This document shows, in pieces, positions 12,445 through 25,749 of a DNA stretch of 64,000 nucleotides; within the stretch, counting starts at the first letter, position 1; each line of letters opens with the position of its first letter. Both the position numbers and the translations under genes were made by a program. Origin of the DNA: Isurus oxyrinchus (Eukaryota); assembly GCA_026770705.1 (NCBI GenBank), contig JANJGN010000031.1, positions 1,054,001 through 1,118,000 on the forward strand, given 5' to 3'. Below the pieces are notes generated by a model. That model was given only the letters and a program-made list of their open reading frames with translations, searched no databases and was not told where the DNA came from.

Positions 12445-12649
12445 CCCAGTCCAAAAACTCACTGGGTAACCAAACGGAAAAATTCCAGGCACTCTCAGAC
12501 CTAGCGTCGCATAGCAACACGTACGAAATTCCTCCATCTGTTTTGTGTTGCCTGACTTAATTTCCTCTCGAAAACAGACAGAAGGATTTCGGATTATATG
12601 AGTTCACCCATATCTGCGCTGTTTTCATTCAATGAATCAATAGAAGTTA

Positions 12650-15600
12650 AAAATAAAATGAAATTGCAGGTTCTTTATCTGAAAGCACGAAGCAGCTGAA
12701 ATTAGATGGATGAATTAGTGGCACAAATATAAGTACACGATTTATATGTAATCAGCATGTCAAAAACATGGTGATAAAGTGAATTACATATTAACGGATA
12801 CACAATATGTAGGAAAGTAAACATAATGTCAAAGGGGGTGTGTAGCCCTGACAGTAAAGGTCAGACATAAAGACATTAATGAGAAAGGATCTGGAGCCTG
12901 AAGATCATGAAGTAGAATCCGTGTGGGTGGAAATAGCAAATGTCAGAAAATACTGGTGGGACCAGTTTCCCGGCCCCCCTGACAGTAATGATACCGTTGG
13001 GTACAACATTTAACAGGAAATTATTGAAGTTTGTTACGAAACCAATGTAAAAATTGTTGGGGACTTTAACCTTCATAAAGACTGGGGCAATCAAATTGGT
13101 AAGAATGGCTCAGATGTGTTTGGAGAATGTTTCCGTGACAGGCTCTTGGAGCAGTACGTACTGGATCCGACCAAGGATAAAGCTAACTGAGGTCAATTTT
13201 TTTGTCATTCTTTCATGGGATATGGGAGGCGCTGACATGGCCAGCAATTGATCATTTGTGTAATAAAGCAGGGTTAACTCACAATGTCATAGCAATAGAT
13301 CCAATGGGAAAGAGCCATACAGTTATAATAATAATAGTAATAATGCCATACAGTTTCATGTTAAGTTTGAAAGTGACATATTCGAATCGCAAACAAGAAC
13401 CTTAACCTTAAACAACGCCAATCGCACAGATATGAGGTGACAACTGGCTAAGGGTAGTTGGGTAAATAGACTAAATGTTGAGGCTGTAAACGAACAGAAA
13501 CAATTCAACATGTTCAACCAAAATGCATTCCACTGAAGAGCAAAAACTCAGCGAGGAAGGCCCACCCGTGGCATACTCAAAAGTTAAGATGGCATTAGAT
13601 TAAAAGCAGAGGCTTATAATGTTTCAACAACAAAAAAACTATAGCAAACTATAGATTTAAGGCGAGAGGAGAAAACTTTAGAGGAGATGTGCCGGGCAAT
13701 TTTTTTACGCAGAGGATAGTGAGTGTCTGGAATTCGCTGCCAGAAGAGGTGGTGGAAGCAGGTATGATAGTGGTGTTTAAGAGGCAGCTTGACAAATACA
13801 TGAATAGAATGGGAATAGAAGGATACGGACCCTGGAAGTGCAAAATGTTTTAGTCTGACAGGCAATATGATCGGCTCAGGCTTGGAGGGCCGAAGGGCCT
13901 GTTCTTGTGCTGTACTTTTCTTTGTTGTTCTTTGAGGATTGGGAGTGTTTCAGGAACCAGAAAAGGGCTACCAAAAAGTTGATAAAAAGGAGGAAGAACA
14001 AAATATGAGAACAAACTATCCAGAAACATAAACACAAATTGCAAGAGCTTTTATAAGTGTATGAAAAGGAACCGGGTAACTAAGGTAAACGTTGGCCCCT
14101 TGGAGAAAGTGGCAAATATATTGCGTCTGTCTTCAGAGTAGAATACATAACTCCCATGCCAGAAATAGAAGGTGACCTGGGGCTAAAAGGGTGAGGAAAT
14201 TAAGGAAATTAATATCAGCAGAGGAAAAGTATTGCAGAAACATAAGGGACTAAAATGCTGCAAAGCCCTAACGTCAGATGGCTACTTCCTGGGCTTATAA
14301 AAGAAATAGCTATAGCGTTAGTGGTTGTGCTGGCTATGATCTTCCAAAATTCCTTAGCTTCAGAAATGCGCCCACTAGATTGGAAGTTGGCAAAAGTTGC
14401 ACCACTTTTCAAGAAAGGAGGAAGAGCGATAACAATGAATTATAGGCTGGTTAGACTAAAATTAGTTGCTTGCAAAATGCTGTAATCTATTACTGAGGAA
14501 GTCTTAATGCACTTATAGAAGTAATTAGAACCAGTCAGCATGGTTTTACTGAAGGGGAATCAGTAATTTATTGAAGCGTTTTGAGGATGGAGCTAATAGG
14601 GCTGATAAAAATGAACCAGTAGGTGTAGTATACCTGGATTTCCAAAAGGGGTTCTGTAAGGTGCCACACAAAATTTTAATAGGCAAAATAAGGGTTCATG
14701 GTTTTGAGGGAATTAAATTAGTATGGATGGAAGATTGGTTAATGGTTTTAGCAAACATACATTGGGCATAACGGAGGCTTCTACAAGTTGGCAAGCAATA
14801 AATAATGGAGTGAACAAGGATCAGTGCTGGGGCGTCAGCTATTTGCAATCTGTATTAATGACTTAGATGAAGGTAGAGAGTAATATATCTAAGTCTGCTG
14901 ATGATACCAAGCTTGGTGGGAAGGTAAGCTGTGGGGAGGACACAGAGAGGCTGCAAAGAAATATAGACAGGTTATGTGAGTAGGCAACAAGATGGCAGAT
15001 GGAATATAAAACAGGGAAATGTGAATTATTCATTTTGGTTATAGGAATAAAATACCACAATACATTTTGAAATGTGAAAAAAGTGGAAGTGTTGATGTTC
15101 AAAGAGATTTGGTTGTTTTGGTGCAAGATAAAGTTAACATGCAGGTTCAACAAGCAATCGGGAAGGCAAGTGGCATGCTGGCCTTTATTGCAAGGGGATT
15201 GGAGCACAAGAATAAAAAAGTCTTCCTGCAGTTGTACAGGGTTTTGGTCTGGAGTACTGTGTCTCGATCTCCTCATAACAACGATTCACTAAATTAGTCT
15301 CTGGGATCAGGGGATTGTCTTATGAGAAGAGGCTGAGCAAATTGGGTTTATATCCTCAGGAGTTTAGAAGAATGAGAGGCGATCTCATTCTGTTGGGGCT
15401 TGATCGGGAGGGCGATGAGAGATTGCTTTTATTGGCCGGGGAATCTAAAATATGGCGGCACAGCTTCAGGATAAGGATCCGGTCCTTTAGGACTGAGATG
15501 AATAGAAATTTATTTATTCAAAGGGCTGTGGATCTTTGGGATCCTCTATCTCAGGTTATCGTGCTTGCCCCATTGTTGATTACAAGTTAGCTAGGATAGA

Positions 15601-15745
15601 ATGATTTTTGTTCTCTCAGGGAATTAAGTGATACGGGGAGCTGGTGGAGATATGGAATTGAAGCCCAAGATGAATCATTATGGTACTGAATGATGGAGCA
15701 GGTTCGATTGGCATGTGGTTTTACTCCTGCTGCTACTTTTTATGT
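12650..15745 (+). mobile_element. Decayed CR1 ORF2 (endonuclease to RT) with a nested younger CR1 3' fragment at ~13650-13932
   Basis: IFQNSL..DWKLAKVAPLFKKG, YLDFQKGF.KVPH and ARGLEHK motifs; the inner fragment shares its 3' UTR with copies at 52965 and 61851. Confidence 0.85.
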
Positions 15746-17416
15746 TGTTATGATCCTATGTCTACCACCTCTAGGAGGAGCTCTCTGAGCACGAGTGTGA
15801 ATTTTGCAGATTCAGTGAAGCTGGAGTGGACCATTAAGTCCCTCGAGTCTGTTACATCGGAATGAAAAAAGAAGAATTCAGCGACTGGAAACAGTTTCCT
15901 CAAACCGTTAGGTCATGGCTGATCTGTAACATAACTGATCCTGTCTGTCTTGGTTTTGCGCTGCTTAATACCATTTCATACCAATGAAAAATCTACACAT
16001 CGCAGGAGGCATCGATTTAAAGTAATTGGTGGAAGGATAAGAGGGTAGTTGGATAGGATTTGTTTTATCCAGCTGGTGGTGGCGGTCTAGATTGCACTGG
16101 GTGAGAGGGTGGTAGAGGCAAAAATCTTGACCCGTTAAAACATACACTTGGATATACACTCGAGCCTTTATGACCTTCTGGGCGACAGGACAAGGACTGA
16201 AAAGTGGGATGAGACAGGAGAGCTTTTCTTCTACTGAAATGAATGCGCTGGGTTGAATGGCCTCCTTCGGTGTCCTAAACCTTCTCATGAAATGTTGATT
16301 CTTTTTTCAATTTACACCCCCCGCAGGCTCAAACGCTTTTTAGGGAAGGGAGTGGCAGATTTTCACTATAGTTTGTGAGAAGCTGTGCTTCCTGACATCG
16401 CCCCTAAACAGCCTCGTACCAATTTTAAGATTATGCACCCCTAGATCAGGACGCCATACCAGAACAGATCATTTTTCGCCATTAACCGTATGGGATCCAT
16501 TCATTAAGCCCGTGTATTATTAAAATATAATAATTATTAAAATATTAAAAATCTCAATTTTATCTGCGGAAAAGTTAACGGCTATAATGGGGGGGGGGGG
16601 GGGCGACGCAATTATCAAGCTGAAATAAATTGTTGAATCATCTTTCTTTTTATTCATTCTTGGGAATGTGACCGTCGATGAAGAGAGTGGGCATTTGCTG
16701 ACAATGCATAGTTGCCCCTTGAAATTGTTCTGGCTATCCATTTTCTTGAACATGCTCAGCCTTCCTATGGTGAAGTTGGGGTTACAGTGCTCATAGGGCG
16801 CGAGTTCTAAGACTTTGACACAATGTTCATGAAGTAATGATCAAATCGGGATGGGAACGGGATTCTTGGATTCTCATTGAACTTGATGTTCTGTTGGCTT
16901 AACGACGTTTATGTTGGTTAATCTTATGTTAAGTTCTTAAGGTAGGACAAACTCACTCTAAGATACTTACTAGGCCAAGCCATTTCTAATCAGAGAGATA
17001 GCAGGAAAACATACATTTTTAACAAGTCAGTCCATGTGCTTGGCCCTCCGCGTAAACACAAATAATTCCAAGCGCATTTACTCGCCCTGTACCGTGATAA
17101 TTCAATCGAACAACTTCCAAAATTTGTGCAAGGTGGAAGAACACCTCGACTTATAAGCAGCCCCGGAACTCAAACCCAATTCTAACCGAGGGCGGGGGGA
17201 GGGCAGGCAACCGAACCAGTAAGACATCTGGGTCCATCCACCGCCAATCAGACACCGACAATGAGGCCCGGATACAGGTGAGAAATTATTTAATTATCGC
17301 ACTGTATTCTGCCCGAGTGTCTGAACAGGACCTCATAGCGGAAGTGAAGAGCACGGCCCCTCCCGAAGTCACGTTGAAATTTCTCCATTCGCAGATTCAG
17401 GCCCCAAGCCTGTAGC

Positions 17417-18329
17417 ATGCACTTACCGTGTCTCTTCATTATCCTCTGCCCTCTGTTACCAAGTAAGTATTCTAGATTTATGACAATACTGGCGCTAACA
17501 TTACGTCGGCGTTTTCATTAACTAATAACCTTTATCGAACTAGATTTGGAAGATAGGAGTCATTTTTGAATGATTACTTAATCTGTGTAGAACATGATAA
17601 TTGATCGAAAGTTTTTGGTGAATAATTTTGGCTCATAATTTTCTTTTAAATAAATAACCAATACATGGATCATCTTAACTTTATTAATGCTTATCGAACA
17701 GATTTTCGCGAATTACTGGCCATTTTTTTACTTGATGTCACTTTCTATCTATCTAATGCATAAATATCCATTTATTTTGTATGTATTTTATCTTTCTCTT
17801 CCTATGTATCAGTTTGTCTATCCATCTTTTATTTAGCGATCTATCTATCTAACTTTCGATCTATCCATTCATTCTTCCAATCATCCAACTATTTTTCCCT
17901 TTATCTGTTCATGATCTATCTATAATGTCTATCTACTATCTATTAATGTATCTGTCCATCTAGTTAACATAGTCAACATGGTTGAATGATGCGCTGAATT
18001 TTGTAAATATTCTCCTTATTTCTCCAGGTAAAACGCTAGCAGAGATTATTCACCAATGGCCAAGTCGGTTGACGTTGAACAAAGGCGAGCCAGCGGAATT
18101 GAACTGCTACCAGAATGACACCAGCAAGAACGTTATGCTGTGGTACCGGCAGTACGCCGGGCAGGGTCCCAGCCTAATCGGTTACTCTCGCACTGGAATT
18201 GCATCCACTTACGAAGAAAACTTTAAAAACGCGGTCGAGATTGTAAGGGCGGGGGACAAAACATGCACCTTGAAGATCTTCAAGGTTAAGACGGCTGACT
18301 CGGCGGTCTATTACTGTGCCAGCAGTGAG
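17417..18329 (+). CDS. TRBV: Intact TCR beta-type V segment (leader 17417-17462, V exon 18028-18329)
   Basis: Leader MHLPCLFIILCPLLP followed by GTAAGT at 17463; AG at 18026-18027. V exon ..IIHQWP..AELNCYQN..MLWYRQ..TLKI..ADSAVYYCASSE; CASS is typical of TRBV. Confidence 0.95.
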
Positions 18330-18368
18330 CACACCGATGAAAACTGCGCTGGTACCAGCACAAAAACC
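18330..18368 (+). other. 23-RSS
   Basis: CACACCG - 23 bp - ACAAAAACC. Confidence 0.93.
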
Positions 18369-19619
18369 AACAGGATGAACACCAGAACTGACTGCAAGGT
18401 ACAAGCCTTGAAAACAATTCACGTCTTCCCGCTTCACGGGCCGCTTTTAACATGTTGAGTGACACCCTCAGTTCGGTGTGAATGACAGGCAATATTAGAA
18501 GGTTCTAGGAAATGAGGGAGAGAGAGAAGTGGGGAAAAAGAGTTGCCCCGGATTCTCATGTTCATCGTCTTCGTTATTTTCATGTATATGTTAACATTCA
18601 GCTCCAGTCATTGTTCTGGACTTGATCAGTTAAATAGAATATTTAGCGATTTAAATAATGAAATATGTAAACCTCACCGCGGTGAAGTGTTGAAGAGGCA
18701 AACAATGATCCAACATACAATTTTCGAAACTTTAATTGATTCATTCTAGACAATAAATATCAAACATATTATATTATTCTTTTTAAAATACGCATTCAGA
18801 TTCAGTTCTGTAGACCTCCCGATTCTATTTCACAGCCGCATTGCCCCGGGTGCTTGAGTGAAATTAGAACAGAACTTTTATTTTCATGGTTAATTCAGCA
18901 CTTCTCCAACATCAATCGTCGCAAATTCAATCTAACATCCCGCAAAGATTTCAGCCCAGTTCCTGTGTTCAGGCCGTAACTGGGGCAATGAGGTTCAAAA
19001 AATGGCGTGGTGCTTCTGAAGGAGGAAGCACCGCTACATCTGCCACCTGAACAGAAAACAGTCCAATAACAAGCTGCAATATGGTCAGCCCGCTGTTGAG
19101 GTGCCACGTTAATCCGGGCAAAACATTTCAGGAGGCGAAGCTTCGTATTTTGATGGTTTACAGAGCGCGTTTGGTATAACGAAACTATTGAGACAGAAAA
19201 AGGTCCACTATGACAATGAAGAGAGATTAGCCTACATTCATGGCCACTTATTTTTGAGCAGCTCAAGGGGAGGCGGTGGAGAAGCGGCAATACCGTTGTA
19301 CTGGTAATCCAGAGACCCACGCGAATGCTCTGCGGACAACTGTTAAAATCCCATTAGAGCTGCTGGTAGAATTTAAATTCAATTAACAAAATCTGGAACT
19401 AAATGCTGGTCTCATAACGCTTGAACACATGAATCCCTTGTGAGTTTGTCGTAAAATCCGATCTAGGTTCACTAGTGCCCTTTAAGGAAGGAAATCTGCA
19501 GTCATTACCTGGCCTTGCCTCCAAGTGACTCCAGAGCCACATCAATGTGGCTGACTCTTAGCTACCATCTGAAATAGCCCAGCAAGCCACTCAGTTCGTT
19601 CAAACTCCTGGAAGGAATA

Positions 19620-21475
19620 AAACTGGGCAGACCACCTGGCGTCGACCTAAGCACCATAATTGGCATTGGCAAATACAGTTCTGTTGACGCTGGAAAGTGC
19701 TTCTCACTAACATCTGGGGACTTGTGCCGAAAGCTGCAGCCTGATATAGACATACTCATGAAATTATGACCTACAGTGTCCCAGACATTACCATCATCAC
19801 CTTTGGGTATTGCCTAATCCACCAGCAGGGCAGGCCTACTAGAGGTTGGCAAAATCTCACAGTGAGGGGGCGCCCATTTAAGACAGAGATGAACAGGAAT
19901 CTTTTCTCACAGAATGTAGTCAATCTGTGGAATACTTTGCTATAGAGACTGGGTCGTTAAGTATATTCAAGGCTGAGATAGACGGGTTTTGAATCTGTAA
20001 GGGAATCAGGGGTTATGGGGAAAAGGCAGCAAGGTGGATTTGAGGATTATCAGATCAGCCATGATCTCATTGAATGGCAGAGCAGACTCGATGGGCTGAA
20101 TGGCCCACTACTGCTCTTATGCCACATGGTCTCATGGTCTTGGTGGTGGGCGGAATTCCCTCAGCATTGACTCCTAACCTCACGCAGTCTCATGGAAACA
20201 GCTCAAACTTGGGAAAGGAAACATCCTGCTGATTACTGCCTATCGACTCCCATCCCTTTCCAGCCGATGAAGCAGTGCTCCTCCATGCTGAAATGAAGAC
20301 AGAAAATACTGGACAAACTCAGCTGGTCCGACAGCATCTGTGAAGTGAGAATCAGGGTTAACATTTCGAGCCCGTGTGACTCTTCCTCAGAGCTCCGAAG
20401 AAGGGTTATGCAGACTAGGGACATTAACTCTGTTTCTCACTCCACAGATGCTTTCAGACCTGCTGAGGTTTTCCAGCAGTTTCTGTCTTTATTTCAGATT
20501 TCCAGCATCCGCAATACTTTGCTTTTATCTCCTCCATGTTGAACACTGACTGAGGAAGTACTGAGGCTGGCAAGGGAACAGAATGTACTATGGGTGAGTG
20601 ACTCAGCAGGATTACTGCTGACTGAGCTGACCGAGACCTGGAGGTCATAACTGCTGGCCCACAACTGTGGTGGGTGGTGAGGGAACCAACAAGAGGGAAA
20701 AATCTTCTTGGCCCTTTCCAAATCAATATACTTGTCACAGATCCATCTGTCACGACAGCATCGGTAGGAATGATGACTTCACAGTCCTTGTGGAGACGAG
20801 GTCCCGCCTTCACATTGAGGATACCCTCCATCGTGCTGTGTGGCATTCCCACCTTGCTAAATGGGATTGGTTTCAAACAGATCTACCAACTGAAAACTGG
20901 GCATCCACGAAGCACTGTGGGCCATCATCAATAGCATTGTATGCAAAAACAATCTAACTCCATGGCCCAAAATATCCCCACTCGATCATTGCCATCAAGG
21001 CAGGCAATCAACCCTGGTTCAATGAAGAGTGCAGGAGGGCATGCCAGGAGCAGCACCAGGCATACCTAAAAATGAGGAGGTAACCTGGTGAAGCTAGAAC
21101 ACAGGACTACTTGCATGTCAAACAGTGGTGCAGCATGCGATGAATAGAGCTGGGCAATCCCACAACCAACTGATCAGATTTAAACTCTGCAGTCCTGCCA
21201 CAACCAGTCAGGAATGGTGGTGGACAATTGCACAACTAAAAGGAGGAGGAAGTTCCACAAATATTCCCAACATCATTGATGGGTGGAGCCCAACACATCA
21301 GTGCAAAAGACAAAGCTGAATTATAGACAACCATCTTTGGACAGAAGCACAGAGTGGGTGATCCATCCCATCCTCATCCAGGGGTCCCCAGCATCATAGG
21401 TGCCAGTCTTCAGCTAAACCGATTAACTACACGTGATGTCAAGAAACGGCTAAAGATACAGGATACTCCAAGAGC
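19620..21475 (+). mobile_element. 5' part of a long family-2 LINE, interrupted by a CR1 3' fragment (~19855-20140) and a palindromic insert
   Basis: Endonuclease-like pieces (VREPTRGKNLL) and EWWWTI; the sequence resumes at ~26812. Confidence 0.7.
20293..20528. mobile_element. Palindromic Penelope-like non-autonomous element with 15-bp target-site duplication
   Basis: Imperfect ~100-bp inverted arms centred near 20393; flanked by CTCCTCCATG(C/T)TGAA at 20278-20292 and 20529-20543. Confidence 0.7.
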
Positions 21476-21486
21476 TGCAGGTGGTT

Positions 21487-24400
21487 AGACCATAAGACAT
21501 AGGAGCACAAATTAGGCCATTCAGCCCATCAAATCTGCTCCGCCATTCAATCATGGCTGATAGGTTTCTCAACCCCATTCTCCCCATAACCTTTGAACGC
21601 CTTACCAATCAAAAATCTATCTATCTCAGTCTTAAATACACTCAATTACCTGACCTGCAAAGCCATCTGTGGCAATGAATTCCATAGATTAACCACTCTC
21701 TGGCTAAAGAAGTTTCTCCTCATCTCTGTGGGTCCAAGTCTCTCCTACAAATGGAAACATCTGCCCCATGTCCACTCTATCCAGGCCTTTCAGTATTCTG
21801 TAAATTTCAATCAGATCCCCCCTCATCCTTCTAAACTCCATTGAGTATAGACCCAGCGTCCTCAAATTTTCCTCATATGTTAAGCCTTTCATTCCTGGGA
21901 TCGTTCTCGTGAACCACCTCTGGACCATCTCCAGGGCCAATGCATCCTTCTTGAGATACGGGGCCCAAAACTGCTCACAATATTCCAAATGTGGTCTGAC
22001 CAGATCCTTATAAAGACTCAACAGCACATTGCTGCTTTTATATTCTAGTCCTCTCGAAATAAATGCCAATGTTGCATTTGCCTTCCTAACTACGGACTCA
22101 TCCTGCAAGTTAAACTTAGGAGAATCCTGGATTAGGACTCCCAAGTCCCTTTGCCCTCTAGATTTCTGAATTCTCTCCCCAGTTAGAAAATAGTCTATCC
22201 CTAAAGTCTTCCTCCCAAAGTGCATGACCTCACACTTCCCCACGCTGTCTTCCATCTGCCATTTCTTTGCCCATTCTCCTGACCTGTACAAAACCTTCTG
22301 CAGCCTCCCAGCCTCCTGAAAATTACCTGTCCCTCCACGTACCTTTTTCCCATCTGCGAACTTAGAGAATGCCCTCAGTTCCTTCATCTATGTCATTAAT
22401 GTATAAAGTGAAAAGTTGTGGTCCCAACAGTGACCCTTGCCGAACTACACTAGTCACTGGCCACCATCCTGAAAAGGACCCCCTTATCCCCAGCGTCTGC
22501 CTCCTGCCAGACAGCCGATCCTCAATCCATGCTAGTACCTTGCCTCTAACACCATGGGCTCTTATCTTACTGAGCAGCTGCTTTATCAAAGGCCTTCTGG
22601 AATTCCAATTAGATAACATCCACTGGCTCTCCTTTGAATAACCTACTCGTTACCTCCCTGATTCTAGTGATTCCTGAAAGATCACCACTAATGCCTCCAC
22701 TAGCTCTTCAGGTATTTCCTTCAGAACTCTGGGGTGTAATCCATCTGGTCCAGGTGATTTATCCACCATTAGATCTTTCAGTTTTCCTAGCACCTCCTCC
22801 TTGGTAATGGCCACCATAGTCACCCTTGCCCCCGGCTCTCTTGAACCTTGGGGATGTTACTCGCGTCTTCCATCATGAAGACAGATGCAAAGTACCTATT
22901 CAGTTCCTCTGCCATTTGTTTGTTCCCTACTACTTCTGCAGCCTCATTTTTCAGCGGCCCAAAGTCCACTTCTGCCTCTCTCTTACCCTTTATATGTTTA
23001 AAAAAAAATCTGGCAATCTTCGTTTATATTAGTGGCTAGTTTATCCTCATATTTAATCTTCTCCCTCCTTATTTCTTTTTTAGTTATCCTCTGTTGGTCT
23101 TTGCCGGCTTCCCAACCCCTAGTTTCCCACTGCTCTTCGCCACATTGTATGCTTTCTCTTTAGTTTTATGCTGTGCCTGACTTGTCAGCCGTGGTTGCCT
23201 CGTCCTCCCTTTAGTATGTTTCTTCTTCCTCGGGATGAATTTTTGCTGTGTCTCCCAAATTACTCCGAGATGCTCCTGCCATTGCTGTTCCACTGTCTTT
23301 CCTGCTAGGCTCATCTCCCAGTCAATTCTGGACAGCTCCTCCCTCATGTCTCTGTAGTTGCCTTTATTCAACTGTAATACCGTTACATCTGATTCCAGCT
23401 TTTTCCTCTTAAATTTCAGGGTAAATTCTATTATATTATGTCCACTTCCTCCTAATGGTTCCTTCACCTTAAGATCCCTTATCAAATCTGCCTCATTACA
23501 TATCACTAAATCTAGAATTGCCTTTTCCCTAGTGGGCTCCAACACAAGCTGCTTCAAAAAGGCACCTGGGAGACATTCCACAAATTCCTTTTCTTGGGAT
23601 CCACTACCAACCTGATTTTCCCAGTCTACCTGTATATTGAAATTCCCCATGATCACTGTAACCTTACCTTTCTTACACGCCTTTTCTATCTCCTGGTGTA
23701 TCTTGTGCCCCACATCCTGACTACTGTTCGGAGGCCTGTAAGTAGCTCCCATTATGGGTTTTTTTACCTTTGTGGTTCCTCAACTCTAACCACACAGATT
23801 CTACATCATCTGACCCTACGTCATTTCTTGCTATCGATTTAATTTCATTTCTTACTAACAAAGCATTCCCCTCTGTGCCAACCTGCCTATTTTTTGATAG
23901 GATGTATATCCTTGGATATTTAGCTCCAAGTCCTGATCCCCTTGCAGCCATATCTCCGTGATGCCCACCACATTATACCCGCCAATTTCAATCTGTGCCA
24001 CAAGCTGATTTACCTTATTTTGTATAGTGTGTGCATTCAGATACAACACCTTCAGTCCTGTATTTCCCGTCCCCTTTCTCATTGTTGTCCCTTTATCTGA
24101 TGTGCTTGAAGTTAGATTCCTAGCTCTTTCCAAACACTCTGTCCTATTTTCTGATCTGGAGAATTTAATAGCCTCTCCTGGGCTCTATTTCCTTTTCAGT
24201 TATTTCATAATTTGCCATGAAGTTGAATCCACCCTCACACACGCTAACCTGCTGCTTTGTTTCCCATTAGTCATCATTCTTGGAGTTTTACCCTTCCCTT
24301 CCCCCCACTGTTTACTTTATAGTCCTGTTGAACACCATATTTATCCTTTTCGCTAGAACATTGGTCCCAGATTGGTTCAGGTGGAGACCGTCCCAATAGT

Positions 24401-25730
24401 ACAGATCCCTGCTGTTCCAATACTGATGCCAGTGCCCCATCAAATGGAACCATCTTTCCCGCAACACTCCTTTAGCCAGGTGTTTACTTCCCTTATTCTC
24501 ACGAACCTAGCCCAATTTGCACATGGCTCGAGTAGTAATCCGGAGATTATAACCCTTGACAACCTGTACTTTAATGTAGTTCCTAGTTCCTGATAATCCC
24601 CAAACAAGTCCTCTTTCCTAGTCTTACTTTTGTTATTTGTCCCGACGTGGACTACAACAACTGGATTCTCCCAACCCCCTCCTCCCCCCCACCCTCCACC
24701 CTCCAAAATCCTTTCAAGCCGGTCAGAGATGTCTCTCACCCTAGCTTCGGGCAGGCAACATACCATGCGGGTCTCTCGATCCTGATTACAAAGGATGAAA
24801 TCAATTCCCCTAATTATAGAATCCCCTGCAACATCCACCTGTCTTTTTGCTGCCCCCTCATGACTGGCCTCCTGTGCCACGGTGCCATTGTCAGCTGGCT
24901 CATCCTCCCAACAGCCCTGTTCCTCATCCTCACAGGGAGAAAGTACGTCGTACCTGTTGGACAAGGTCAAGAGCTGAGGCTCCTTTGTTCCTGAACACAG
25001 GTTCCCTTTACCTCCCTCACTTGCAGTCGCACCCTGCTGAACCTGACCACTGACTGAATTTGAGGCACTTAATCTACCGGGTGTGACCGCCTCTTGAAAC
25101 AAAGCATCCAGGTAACTCTGCCCCTCCCAGTTGTGCCGCATGTCTGGAGCTTGAACTCCAGCTCATCAATTCTGAGCCAGAGTTCCTCCAAAAACCAATG
25201 CTTGCTACAGATGTGGTGACTGCATCTCGCAATGGGATCTGCCAGCTCCCACATCAGCTACAGCACATCACCTGTCCAGCCATCTCGACCTAGTTACTTA
25301 ATTTATTAGTTAGCATGCAGTGTTTTCTTTTCAAATTTGCTGCAGATTTCCTACCAAACCATCAGGTCAAACTTTCCTGTGATGTCACTTTTTCAGCTTT
25401 GGTTTCAGTTACTCTGAGCCGCGAGGTCATCACTCCGATGCTCCTCCCTCAGACTCTGCTCCCTGGAGACCAGGCCGCGAATCCCCTAGTTCAGTTACAC
25501 TTAAACTCACTGCTTCGGTTCTCCTTCCTCTGAGTCTGCTCCCAGGATTTACTCACTGAATCAGTTGTTTTTTCTGTAAAATCTATTTGCAGAAGCGTGT
25601 CTGTCGCAGGTCTGGTGCACTCCTGAATGCACTGCCTCTTACTCTCACTTTTTCTTTTTTAGGTTTGAGGAGGAGGGAGGGATGAAAACACTACAGCAAT
25701 GTAGTGATTGGGCCTATTCTGTTCTTTGAT
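21487..25730 (-). mobile_element. Near full-length degenerate CR1 LINE
   Basis: ORF1 with GDSIIRG and HVGTN (SGNH esterase) at 24440-25254; APE endonuclease (YLNA, YRPPN, GNFN) at 23084-24040; RT (QGSLLGP, FAD) at 21600-22650; short-repeat 3' tail. Confidence 0.92.
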
Positions 25731-25749
25731 AGTTGGTCCTCCTCGAGTG

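Noticed and set aside
17261-17400. Possible in-frame upstream exon (ATG..CAG|GTGAGA spliced to 17395) for the 17-kb V
   Set aside because: It overlaps the promoter module, so transcription probably starts downstream; needs RNA evidence.
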